Below are positions 48,699-61,081 of a DNA stretch of 64,000 bases, piece after piece. The notes beneath the pieces were generated by a model. The model saw only the letters and a list, made by a program, of their open reading frames with translations. It was not told the origin of the DNA and did not search any database. Every line of letters starts with the position of its first letter. Position 1 is the first letter of the stretch. This DNA is from the human T2T-CHM13v2.0 reference genome, Homo sapiens. Position numbers and translations under genes: made by a program. The DNA is taken from NCBI RefSeq assembly GCF_009914755.1, contig NC_060943.1; one strand, 5' to 3'.

Positions 48699-49314
48699 TG
48701 AGACAGGATCTCACTCTGGAGTGATCTGCCCAGGCTGGAGTACAGTGTCGTGATCACAGCTCACTGCAGCTTCAATCTCAAGGCTCAAGCAATCCACCCA
48801 CCTCAGTCTCCCACCTAACTGGGACTACAGGTGTGTGCCACCATGCCCAGCTAATTTAAAAAATTTTTTTGTAGAGGTGAGTTCTCACTCTGTTGCCCAG
48901 GCTGGTCTCAAACTCCTGGCCTCAAGCAACCCTCCCACCTCTGCCTTCCAAAGCACTGGGATTACAGGTGAGCCACTGAGCCTGGCCCCATATATATATG
49001 TTTTCTCAAGTTTAGAATAAGCTCCCAAAATTTAGACCATAAAATCTGAGCCTGTCTTAGGCCTGTGCCACACAAGCCAAACTGCTTTTACAATTCATAC
49101 ACCCATTCAAGCAATGATGAAAATGCCTGTTTCACTACATCCTCACCAGTACCGGGTTTTATCCATTTACAAATCTGCAGTGACTTCGAGGAGTGCCAAA
49201 CCATGGCAGATTCTTATTGTTTTTCCACCTTTCTTTGGTCTCTGTAAGGCTGAACCTTTTAAATATGTTTGCTCATCAGGCTGTCCCTGGGGAATGTTCT
49301 AGAGCAGAACATCA

Positions 49315-49610
49315 AGTTGACCCCTATGGAAAAAGGGGTCCCTTCATGTAGAGGGGCAGAAATTTAGTTGTGTTGTAGCCTACAGTTATGCAGAAAGCAG
49401 AATTTGCAAGCAGTGCACTTGGATATGTAGCCTAGGGGAATTTCCAGCAAAGTGTTGAAAGCGCAGCCTGGTTTCTTCTCTCTGCTTGTTATAAAATGTG
49501 AGAGGAAATAGACAGATTGAGGGAAGAAGTGTGAAGTAAAAAGGAACCAGGACTTGATGATCTGGGAAATTCTAAGCCCATTCAGATCACAAAAGATGCT
49601 AAAATTAGAT
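49315..49610 (+). mobile_element. MLT1-int (MaLR internal) fragment
   Basis: CTTGGATATGTAGC...CAAAGTGTTGAAAGCGCAGCCTGGTTTC...AAAAAGGAACCAGGACTTGA. Confidence 0.7.
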
Positions 49611-50599
49611 GCTCCCGACCATCACCACTTCTCAGCTCCGTGACCTCAGGCAAGTGTCTAAACCTCTCTGAGATTCAGTTTCCTCATCTGTGAAATGGGC
49701 TCGATGGTAATAGCAGCCACTTCAGAGGGCTGCGGTGAGGGGTGAGTAGCTTCATGTCAAGCACTTCACGCAATGCCAGGCAGTTGCAGGGTTCGTAGGG
49801 AAAGTAATGGGTGAGAGGCGCTACACCAGTGCTCCACTGTCTCTACGCCCCTCATTACTTCCTGGCTGCTATCAACCCATCCCTCCCCTCCCCTCCTCAC
49901 CCCCAGGTACCTAATTCCCCGAGGCAGGGGAGCGGGTGAGGATTCAAGCTGCGGATTAGCAGAGGCCGATTAGAGACGGGTGGGAGGGGGGAGGGGGGGG
50001 GTCTCTAACCCACTAACCCTTCCCTTGCCGGTCCTGCCTCAGGTTTGCGGGAGGGGTGGGGGCCTGCAAAACCTCGGTGCCTGCCACACCCTTGGAGAAA
50101 GCATTAGTGTCCCTGCTGGTTGACCCCAGGTTGACCCCTCTCTGGGCCTCATTGGTTCCTTCTGAACTATGGGGCGAAGACTGCAGAAATGAAATGGGAA
50201 AGCCTCAGCGTCTGAAGATGAGGGCACAGGGTAAATGCCTCAGGGCTGGCTGAGACATCCTTCGCGTAGACAACACTTACTGAGCACCTACCATGTGGGC
50301 AGAGCTGCTGGCATCAACGTCGCCTAGAACTGCTCAGCTCCCAGAGTGCCAGACTCAACTTCCAGAACCCCCAGACTCAGCCATCGCTCCGAAGGGGCGC
50401 TCCGGGAACTGATTCTCCTCCCGGGGTGCCACCTGCTCTCACCCTCACCCTGGCGTCCTCCCTGGGGGAGCAGGGAACCACTCCTCCAAAGGGGTCCCTG
50501 AAATCCTGGATCCTCAGTGTGTGTGGAGGGGGGTGGAACTGGGGAAAGACAGAAGGACCATAGCAGAACCCCTTTCACCCGTCAGGTCGGAGCAACACT

Positions 50600-53500
50600 C
50601 CCCCCACACCCCCTGCAACCTCCCCCAGCTGCGCCAGACGCAGAGCCGGTGGGGGCGAGGGGGCGGCGCCTACTCTGCGGCTGTCAGAGGAGGGGGACTG
50701 CGGGAGAGCGCTTGGGGGGGCGCTGCGGCAGCCGGTCCCAACCCGCAGCGGCTCGCGCGGCAGGGGCGGGGGCGCTGACCCACCTCGGCCCGGCCCCTCC
50801 TCCGCTGCGGAGGCCTCGCCATTAATCCTGACCGGGGGAGGGGGCGCCCGCTGCCCCCCACTTCCTACGGGGGCCGCTGCGAGCGCTCCCCCGCCGCCCC
50901 CTGCCTGGAGCCCCTGCGGGACCCCCAGGGGACCCCCGCCCCAGGTCTGTCGCCCTCGGTGTCGGAGTCTCTGTCTGTGTCCCCGTCTGTCCCGTCTCCC
51001 TGCTGTGCGTGTGTGTAGCCGCGTGTCCCCCGGACACCTGCAGTCACCGGCCAGGGCTGCTCGGGGAGGGGTCCCGGGGGTCGGCGCGTGAGTCCCTCTG
51101 AGGTCTGGGTGTCTTTCTGGGACTGTGCGTCTGTGAGATCTCGGGGTGCCAGCCCCACAGGCTGCGAGTGTGCGTCTGTGTTGACCTCCTGCAGAAGGTG
51201 TGTGTCCCAGATGCCCCACCGGCTTCGAGCATGGGTCCCCGTGTGCCCGGCGGACACCCACGGGCCGTGTGTCCGTCACACGCTGTAGGCGCCGCGCGTG
51301 GGGATCTCTGCGCGTGTCCGTGTGCGGTGTGTGTGTGTCCGTGGCTGAGTCGAGGAGGCCCGGCCCGCCGGTGTCCCCGAGTCGCCTGCGCGTGAGTGTG
51401 TGTGTGCGCGTGTGTGTGCGCGCGCGCCGCGGCGAAGGTGGATCCGCTCGCTCCGCAGCGAGCCCAGCCGGGGCCCCGCGACCTGCAGCCGCCGCCGCCA
51501 CCGCCTCCGCCGCTCCCCGGGCCTCCCCTTGCGCGGGCCGGGCCGGGGATGGAGCCGCAGCCGGAGCCGCCGCAGCCGGGGCCGCGGCGCGGAGCAGCCT
51601 GAGGCGCGGGCGGTGCGCGGGACCGGGGGGAGGGCGGGCCGAGGGGAGGGTCCTGCGGGCCGGGGGGGCGGGCGCGGCGCGCCCCCTCCCTGGCGCGCTC
51701 GCTCCCTCCCCCGCGCGCCCTCCCTCGCCGCCTCCTCCCGCCGCCTGCGGCCCCCCCCTCGCCGGGGACCGAGCGCGCTCGCTCCGGCGCCGGCCTCGCC
51801 TCCTCGCAGCAGCGCCATGGTACGTCGCCGCACCCACTTTCGTTTTCGCCCGGGGACTTTTTGGGGTGGTGCGTGGGCTCCGGGCGAAAGTTGCAAGATC
51901 TGGGGGGACAGGGGGCGGGGGCCGCCCGGAGGAGGGGCTCGAGGCGGGGACCCCCACTCGCCAGTCGCCACGGGACCCCTACCCACGATCCCCCCCCGCA
52001 CCCCGGCTGGGGGCGGAGCTGGCGCGCGGGGCGCCGCGGGAGACCCCAAGTGGGGGGCCCCTCGCGGGCGCCGCGAGTTGGCGAGGAGGGCGGGGCTCCC
52101 CGGAGAAGGCCCCCGCAACCCCAGGCCGGGCCCCCGCCCCCTCCCCGGGCCAGACCCCAGGCGGGAGGGCGCGGCCCTGGGCGCACGACCCCCGAGCGCG
52201 CAGTCCGTGGGGGAGCCCGGGCCAGGGAGGGGGCGCACGGCGGGACGGCGCGTGGGGCGGGGGTCGCGGCGGCCCCCGCGGGGTGCCCCGGCCCGGGCGA
52301 GCGCGGCGCGCCAGCTAGCGGAAAATGGCCGCTGCGGAGAGGGGCGGAGAGCGCGCCGCGGCCGCCGCCGGGCGCCTTGAACTTGGAGCCGGGCGGGCGG
52401 CCGCGCTCGGCGCCGCGCAGGAGCAGCCGCCCCGCCTGCCCTCGCACCGCCCCCGCCCCGCCCCTCGGCAGACCCCCGGCCCCGCTGCCGCGCGCGCGGG
52501 GTCCCCAGCTGGGAGGGAACCCCGGGTCTCGGCCCGGCGCGCCCCAGGCCCTGGAGCGGCGGTGGCTGCACTTGGGGTTCCGGTGTCCGGTCGACTGGCG
52601 TCGGTGTCGTGCGCACCTCGAGGGGTGCGTGGGAGCCCCTGCGCTCCGTAACGGGCCGGCATTGGCATCTGGGGGAGCGTCTGGGGTGTGCGCGGCGGGG
52701 TGGTAGTGTACCTGCCTTGGGGCCGCGGGTCCCGGCGCGTCGGCTCCGCCGCTTTCTGTGTCCGCGTGTGTCTGCACATCCACGTGCTGGCGCGTGTTGT
52801 GTTGTGAGCGCCGCCCGCATTGTGCGGCTGCGGGACACTTGTGTCTTTGGATAACTGGGCGACTGTGCGCGCGTCCCTGCGGGACGGTGTTGTGAAACTA
52901 TGGCTGGGCTGCGTGTCCGCGGAGCCGCGTGTCCCTGGGTGACCGTGGGGTGTCCCCGTGTGGGTGTGTGGCGGTTGGGGGGGGTCGCCAGGGAGTGGAG
53001 AACTGTCGAGTGGCCGCGTTCCAGGGGACAGTTGGGTGCCGCTTGCTGTGTGCGAGTGACTGGCGCTGAGCCTCCCCCTAGGGAAGGGTCTGCCTTCCAC
53101 TCCCGGCCTCGCCTCCCCCAGTTCCTTTTTTCCTGTAACTGGGGACTGCCTGGGCGGCGGAGGAAGAGCGCTCCCTCCACCTTTTCAAAACTCTGTCCCT
53201 TTATCTTTCCCCTACGTCCCCTCCACTTCCCCCAGCCTTCGGGGTCCCCCATCCGCTTGGCCCGAGGGGGTCCTGGCTGGAGGTTCGGGCGCGAGGTGGC
53301 GCCGGGACGCGATCACTCGGCACGCAGACGTCGCTCGCCAGGGGTTGCGCTTGCGCGGGGACCTGCCCCGAGAGGGGCGGGGCGGCAGGGGTTCCCCCTC
53401 CCTGAGAGGCCGTGGAAGTCCCGAGGGGTGGGTGGTTACAGCAGCACAGGGGTTAGGACGGGCCCGGGAGGTGGCTAAGGAGACCCCTATTATCCTATGC
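50600..53500. promoter_or_regulatory. CpG island / promoter of NFIC exon 1b
   Basis: Very high GC and CpG density, many GC boxes, Alu-free, surrounds the ATG|GT exon. Confidence 0.92.
51817..51819 (+). CDS. NFIC: NFIC alternative first exon (1b), contributing only the initiator Met (M|DEFHPF...)
   Basis: gcgccATG|GTACGT: Kozak ATG followed immediately by a donor, in the centre of a large CpG island. Matches the known NFI isoforms that begin MDEFHPF. Confidence 0.85.
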
Positions 53501-53959
53501 TGGGGAGAGCGTAGGGGCACCGGGACTGGTCCCGCAGTCCCGCCTCCAGCACTTGCCCCCAATGGACCAGAGGCCGTGGGCACAGAGAGCTGTTTTGTCA
53601 CCTCCAGGGAAATCCCCGCCGCTCCCCACCCCCACCCCACCCCCAGTGCGTTTGATATAATTTTCTAAATATAAAAAGCCCAAGGCCAGGCTGGTCTCTC
53701 TCGCTTTCTTCTTGACATCCCATCATGGGGGGCTGTTTGGGATGTCAAGAAGGAGAGAAAACCCTCCCACAATGACACAGAGGCCTCCCCCAACAACACT
53801 CAAGGTCATTCTCGGGTTGTCACCATCCCTCACACCCACTCCCAGCCTCAGACTCACAGCTATCTCCCTCCGCACTCCCGGAGGGACGGTTGGATGCCCT
53901 GGCCTTCAGCACACGGCATGGCCCTCTGTCCCCATTTTGGGTTCTGTGCACAGTGGGAC

Positions 53960-54780
53960 ACACGTGCATGCAGTCATAGTTACACACACACACACACGAC
54001 ACTCCCTCACGGTGCCTGTGTCTGCATGACTCTGCACACACAACCACACAGAGACTCACATAGACACACACAGGCCTGTCTAGAGACAGACGTCACACAC
54101 ACAGGCGTGCACAGACACACATGGGCAGACGCACTCACGGACACAAACACCGCACTTGCGGGGGGATAGACAACCACATCTCACCCTCCTGCCCTTCCCT
54201 GTCCCCACCGCGTTTCTGCAGGGCCGAGAGCCCAGCTCCAGGCAGAGCTGGTGCAGGAGGAGCAGGGAGGTGGCGTGCTGTGTGTCATTGTGATGGTGCG
54301 TATGTGACTCTGTGTGTGCCTGTATGGGAATACCGGGGGGTTCCACTTGTGGGTGTGTGTGTGCTTGTAAGAGTGTGTGCTTTTGTGTGGAGTGTGTCTG
54401 TGATTGTGGACAAGTGCCCACGTGTTTGTGGTTGTGTCTGCACTTGTGTGGGGGCAGCTATATCCATGCGTTGTGCTTGTCAAGAAGCGTCCTGTGGGGA
54501 GTTGGGAGGGTGTGTTTGTGGCTGTGTGTGTGCCATGTGGGTCTGTGTGTGTGTGTGTGTGTCTCTGCTCGCCCCTCTTTGAGGAGGTATCTGAGGTCAG
54601 GTGTGGGGGGAAGGCTGTGATGATATATGGGTCTGTTTTTATGTGAGTCTGTGCGTGTATTTGTGTCTTTGTGTATGTAGCTGTGTGTCGTGTGGAGTCT
54701 GTGTCTGCAGCTGCTTGAGTCTGCACGATGTGTGTCTGTGTGTCTCTGTAGGTCGTAGTGTGTGGTGTGTGTGTCTATCT
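53960..54780. repeat. CA-rich then TG-rich low-complexity region
   Basis: CA-rich ~53960-54160 and TG-rich ~54270-54780. Confidence 0.75.
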
Positions 54781-55304
54781 GTACCAGCCTCAACGGCCTA
54801 TCTGACCTTTAACTCACTTGACTTTAACATCCCTTCTTACAGCCTCAGTTTCTCATCTGTAAAATGGGACCACATGGGACCCTTGCAAGGTTCCTGGGGA
54901 GCTGACATTGTGAGCCCCTTGCTGAGCAGGTGCGGGGCTAGGGGAGGCTGACTGCACACTGCACTGCTGTGTAATCATTTGCCTGCAAGATTATGTCCTT
55001 TATTCTCTGGGTGTGGTGGCTGTGGGGTTACCATGGGGGGCTGGGGGTTCCTGTCTACCCTGCCTGAGCTGCTCTGTGAATTGCATTCAACTTTTTAAGT
55101 TTTCCTTTAATTACTGAAGCCATTAGTGATCATATGAAGAGGATACAACTGTATCCAGAGGAAAAAAAATCCAATCTTTCTGATCACCCCCATTCCTGGG
55201 TGGAACCCCGCTCCAGAATGTTACCATCTATAGTTGGAGCATTTGCAGGACTGAGAAATACACACTTATAGAGGATACATGTGCATATGTGTATATTTCC
55301 ATAA

Positions 55305-55748
<444 letters not shown>

Positions 55749-55835
55749 TAAAGGATACTATGTATATTTGTATAAATACATGTGTACTCTTTAAAACCCT
55801 AAATGAGATCTTGAATTTCCTTGCTGGGTCTACAG

Positions 55836-56040
55836 CAGTGGGGTCTCAGCCAGGGTTGATTCTGTTCCCATGGGACACTTAGCCATGTCTAAGGACATTT
55901 GTGGTTGTCACGACTGGGGGGTGCCCCTGGCATGGAGTGGGTGGAGGCCATGGACTCTGCTCAGCACCCTGCAGGGCCCAGGACGGCCCCAACCCAGAGA
56001 GCGATCCAGCCCCAGTGTCCACAGTGCCAAGGGGGAGAGC
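55836..56040. mobile_element. GC-shifted MER20-like element
   Basis: CAGTGGGGTCTCAGCC...GACATTTGTGGTTGTCACGACTGGGGG...GAGGCCATGGACTCTGCT...GTCCACAGTGCCAAGG. Confidence 0.7.
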
Positions 56041-58099
56041 TCTCCAGCTTTCTGTCCCCCCACTTGTCTCTTGGGGACATAACCAGTTGGGAGCCACTGG
56101 TTTTACTCAGCTGCATAGTGTCCCAGCCTGTGTTGGGATTACTAAACCGGTCCCCCACAGATGGACAGCATGGCTGCCTCCAAATTGTGGGCATTAGTTT
56201 TATAGGTGGCAGTCAACTCTTTTGTGCTCCTGTATCTGGGACAGTTACAGAGATGCCGAAGAGTGAAATAACTGTAGAGAGAGTGCTTTGAAAAAAAAAA
56301 AAAATGAGCCAGATTGTGCTGGAAAGTGCCAGGAGCTAAATCATGCACCCATCTTCCGGGCCCTCCACATGCAGGTCCCAATCTACCAATTGCCTTTTTA
56401 AAGAAACTATGACGTACAGTTCCCTGTTGTAACCACGGGCAGGTATTTGCTGACTTGCCTACAACCTGGAGGGTTATGAGCTGGCGTCGCCCCATTTCAC
56501 AGAGGGAGAGCCGAGGTGCAGAGAGACGAAGCTGCTGACTGGAGGAGACATAGACCCAAGCAGCGAGCCCGCGCGGCAATTTAGGGAACCAACTGTGTGT
56601 GCTGCGGGGGTCCCTTGCCACCCAAACTGGGATATAGGCTGCTGTTCGTACACTTGCAGAAGTTTCTCCCTGCAGCTACCGCCACCAATAATATTCACAC
56701 AGCCTTCCCACATGCTATGTAAAGACTCCAACCTTCCCCACCTCCCAAGATGCATCCTGTTACTATAGCCATTTTACAGATGAGGAAACCGAGGTTCCAA
56801 GAGGGGCAGTCTCTGCTCTCTAAACTTCACCTTCCAAAGGATTCTAAGCTGCTGAATGAAGGCTGCAGGCAGGGTGGTCTGTACAGGGGAGGGAGGGTGG
56901 AAGGCACGGGGTCTGGAAGTCTAGGAGGAGTGTCTGAAGTCAACTGCAACTTTTAAATATCTGTGAATTTTAGATTTCACCCTGTATGTGTCCCTAGCGT
57001 GTTTTAATAAAATAAATTGCTTCACGTTATATTGGTATGTGGATTTCCAGATACACTTCTCACCATTTAATTCAAATGCTCCCCACAGCTGCACAGTGGG
57101 TTTAAAATACACAGACACACACATTTATGGACCGTTCGTGATGTACTAAGCACTGTTTGAATAATGTCACCGTCATGCAGAGGGGAGCCTGTGGGGGGCC
57201 TAGGGAACCTACGCTGCAGGAATTCTGCTCCCTCCTAGTTTACCTGTCAGACCCTGGGCAAGTGGCTTCCGTTCTCTGGGCCTCAGTTTCCTCTCCTGTA
57301 ATGCCTGAGGATAATGGGTGCTGGTATCTTCTGCGCCCCTGGGCCTGGGGCACCTGCCCCAGCTTGGTGAGAGGGTATCATTTGTCCTTGGGAAGCTCAG
57401 AGAGATGAGGTGAAATGGCCAAGCTTTCTAAGAATGTGTCTTTAGTGAACATTTGACCCAAGGTCAAGGCTCTGCTAAGGTCATTGTCCTTATCCCCAGC
57501 AATCCCACAGGATGGGCATCTTTAAGCCACTTTATAGGGGAGAACCCTTGGGATGGGAATGAGAGACACAGCAGCCTCTGAGCTAGCCTGGGAGGATCCA
57601 GGGAGTGAACCGGGGGAGGGTTGGGGCCCTGTCATCAGATGCCCTGGGGGCTCAGACGGAGGCAGGCCAGGTCTCTGCCCTGTTACGTCTAGAAGGAGAA
57701 CAGAATGTGGGCTCCGGGTCCAGATGGCCTGGCTCCAAGCCACACTTGCCATACCTCAGTCTTGAGATCTGTGAAAAGGGCACACCCCTGAGGCAGGTGG
57801 AAATTATTGGATACCCAGGGGGAGGCTGCAAGGGTTTATCTGGCCAGCTGGAGATCCCGCCTGGACACCGTCCTCCTGGGGTGCTGGAGAGACACACAGG
57901 CGAGGCCACCCCTCCCCTGCCCCTTGGGTGCTGGGTGAAGAGAGCAAATTCTGGAGCCTCCCGTGTTAGCCTGGGCCCTTCTGGCCAAGGAAGGGACAGC
58001 TGCACACAAGCCCCTCTAGCTGGGGACCCGCAGCCCCTGCCCGGCTCTGGGGGGAGAAGGGAGCCAGGGTGCTGTGGGACCAGCTCACCGTGCACCCAG

Positions 58100-59800
58100 G
58101 GTCGTACATCTTTAAGGGGAAAGAGGCGCGCTGGCCGGCCTCTGCGCACGTCACTTCTTCATTCCTTCCCTCCCCCCTGGCTCTTTCCTCCAACTTCCCG
58201 GCCAGCTCGGGGGTGATGGGGGGGTGGGGAGGGGGGGCCTTAAAAATCCACCCCTGGCCCCTCAATGTCCAGAAACAACCCTGTCCCCCCTCTCCGCTTG
58301 ATCCGAATTGGGGTCGCCCTGCAGTCCTGGGGTCCTGGTCTAGTGCCCTGGGGCATTGCGTAAATACGGGAGGAGCGGGGGGGTCCTGAGACGTCGGGGG
58401 AGGCTCTCCTTTCTCGCTCGCGCCCTTTTTTCCCTCGTTTCTTTGAAAGTTGGGTGTTGAGAAGTGGGAGGTTCGGGGTGGGAGGGGGAGGGTGTCAGAG
58501 GGTAGAGAGAGAGACAGAGAGACAGAGACGGGGGAGAGAGGAAGAGAGAGACGGAGGGAGAGAGGGACAGAGAGCGAGGCGGGCGGCGCGAGAGAGGGAG
58601 AGCAGGAGGGAGGAGGAGGGAGACCGAGGGAGGAGGCGGCGAGGAGAGCGCGCCGGCCGCGGGGCGGGGGGGGGGGTTTGGGGGGGGCGGGGGGGTGGTT
58701 TGGAAAAATGACTCAGTAAGTTCAGCGCGCCCGCTCCGGCCGGCCCTGCGCCTCCCGCCGCGCCCGGGATGTATTCGTCCCCGCTCTGCCTCACCCAGGT
58801 ACGGTCCTCGCCCGGCCCCCCGCCGGCGCCCCCGCGCCCCCCGCATCCCAGCCCCGGAGTTTTGAAGCAGGAGGAGGCGGGACGAAAAAGGCGCGCGTCC
58901 CTCCCGCCATCCCTGCCCGGGATGCCCCCCGCGCCGAGGGCTGGGGTCCGGTGGGGGGATGGGTCAGGCTGGGGTACCCCCCCCACACCCTTACCTACCG
59001 CGGACCCCCTACGCGGGACTCCCGCCCAGCACCCCCAACCCCGACTCTCGGGACCTCTCCCGGATGTGGGGCTTGGTCTGCAGATTTGCGTCCCCCCCCA
59101 CACACACCGACGCACTCCGCACCCCCGCCCCGACACTCGGAAAGGTCGGGGTGGGGGCTGGCCCCCCTCCAGCAAGGGCTCTGCGGGAAGCCCCCCGCCT
59201 GCCTCTGAGAGGAATCTAGGGGGTCGTGATTGGACCCTGGGTCTCCCCAGCTGGAGAGAAAGGGACCTCTCATGTGTTTTCCCCGTGTCCCCCCACCAAG
59301 GTTGTGCGGGCCGCCCTGGCCCTCGGTCGCCTTTCCCTCGTTATTGGCCCACGTGTGCATGGAGGGGGAGGGGGCAGGAGAAGTTGGAGGCCCAGGAGGG
59401 GGAAGGGTGCTCCGGCGGCCCGGCTGGGTCCCCCCTCCTTTGCAAGCCCCCCAGCACCGTCCCGGTATTTTCGCTGCATCGATTCTGGATTCTGGATTCT
59501 GGATTCTGGAGCCGCCGCCGGGAGGAGCGGGAGGCCCGGCGCTCCGGGTCTGGCCCGGGCACTGCGGCGCTGCGGACGCCCTCGCCAGCCCGGCACCTGC
59601 CCCGTCCCCTCCCCCTCCCCCTCCCCCTCCCGTAGCCTCTCACCCCTGGCCGCACTCCCAGACTGCCCCGGGGCCGAGCCTTGTGCAATGGCCGAGGGGG
59701 TGTGTGGGGAGGGGGCGGCTCCCCCCGGGGACTCCTTCCAGCCCAGGCTCCCGGGGACCCCGAGGTCTGCAAGTTCCGTTTTCTAGACCGCTGCTTTCCT
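58100..59800. promoter_or_regulatory. CpG island / promoter of NFIC exon 1c
   Basis: CpG-dense; GA-rich tract 58495-58650, G-runs 58661-58695, TGACTCA 58709-58715 and Inr-like CTCAGT just upstream of the [13 protein letters not shown]. Confidence 0.9.
58769..58798 (+). CDS. NFIC: NFIC canonical first coding exon (1c), [10 protein letters not shown]
   Basis: ATG TAT TCG TCC CCG CTC TGC CTC ACC CAG|GTACGG. The peptide is the recognised N-terminus of human NFIC/CTF; phase-0 donor at 58799. Confidence 0.97.
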
Positions 59801-60974
59801 CCTTACGCAGTGTGTCTTTAGGCTGGAGAGGTTCTGGCCTCAGTTTCCCCTGAAGTGAGGTGCGGCTAAGGCCGGTTCTGGAGAGGGGACAGTATGGCGG
59901 GCAAACTGTAAAGTCCCGGCACGTGGGGGGTGCGATTCCAGCGAGGGCCAGGCCCGTCTTAAGAAGCACTGTGTGGGGAGTATATGAGTCCCCGGCTTCC
60001 GCTCCAGGGCATGGTGCAGTGAGGGACCCCCCACGCCAGGCATGCTCCTTGGTAGGGTCTTTCTCACCGGCCCCCTGCAGCCGACAGGGAATGTGGGAGC
60101 TGGTGCTGAGGGGGTCTGAGGTCTGTCCTACCTGTGATCCCCTGAGTGACCTTGGGTAAGTCCCTGTCCCAGCCTCAGTTTCCCTTTCTGAGCAGCTTTG
60201 GGGGGGGGTTCCCGAAGAAGGCATCTCTTTGAAGTTCTCCAAGAACAACTAGGGTTCGAGTGGGCACGCTGTGTGACCTCGGGCAGCCTTTGAAGTCTCT
60301 GGGCTTGTGGGGTGACTGAGGTGTCCCCGCTCTGTCCTCACCAGCTGGAAGGAGCCATTTGGGAGGGCTGAGCGGAGGGGAGGCTGTTCCAGGCTGGGGA
60401 GGTTGGAAGGCTGCCTGTGCACCCTGGAATTCCCCCATCAGGGCTGGTTGGGAGACATCCTGGTTGCTGGGGTGGGTTGGGGGTTAGTAAGAACCCCAGT
60501 CCAGGCTTTGCCTCAGAGAATTGCTAACTCGGCCTCAGTTTCTCCAGGAACAGGGCAAGGACCAGCCAGGAGGGCTGTCTGTGGAAACCAAAAAACGGAG
60601 AGGCTAAAAACTAAAAACTATCCAGGGGTGCTGCGTGCAAGAGACAGAGATGAGAAGACAGAGACAGGCAGAGAGACAGAGGCAGAGAGCTCCCAGGCCA
60701 GAGTGGGGACAGCGAGTCCCAAGTGCAGGGGGCTCCCTCCTCCCCTGCGATTCTCCTCTCTGCCCCGCCCTCCACCCCAGCCCTGTAGTGGAGCTGGGGA
60801 CCCCCTTTCCAGTTTGTCTTCAGCCTGAATGTAATCCCCACTGTTCCCCCAAGGCCCAGCCTGGTCTGGGGTAGCCAGTGGGGTGGGCTGGGGGACTCAG
60901 AAGGACCCTGAGTGCCCCATGCAGGAGCCTCCCACCCAAGTCCTGGCTGCCTGACTCAGTTTCCCGAATCACGT

Positions 60975-61041
60975 CCCCTCCGTTTCTCTCATCTTGGTCT
61001 CTTTTTGTCTGTCTTTCTCTCTTTCTCTCTGTCTTGCTCTG

Positions 61042-61081
<40 letters not shown>

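Noticed and set aside
50575-53252. 460-, 579- and 658-aa minus-strand and 281-372-aa plus-strand ORFs
   Set aside because: Stop-poor CpG island gives overlapping R/P/G/A-rich ORFs in most frames with no recognisable domain.
57005-57016. Tandem AATAAA in an AT-rich patch as an intronic poly(A) site
   Set aside because: The hexamer alone is common and there is no other support.
58769-59635. 288-aa ORF starting [10 protein letters not shown]
   Set aside because: Only the first 10 codons are NFIC; the rest reads through the donor into GC-rich intron.
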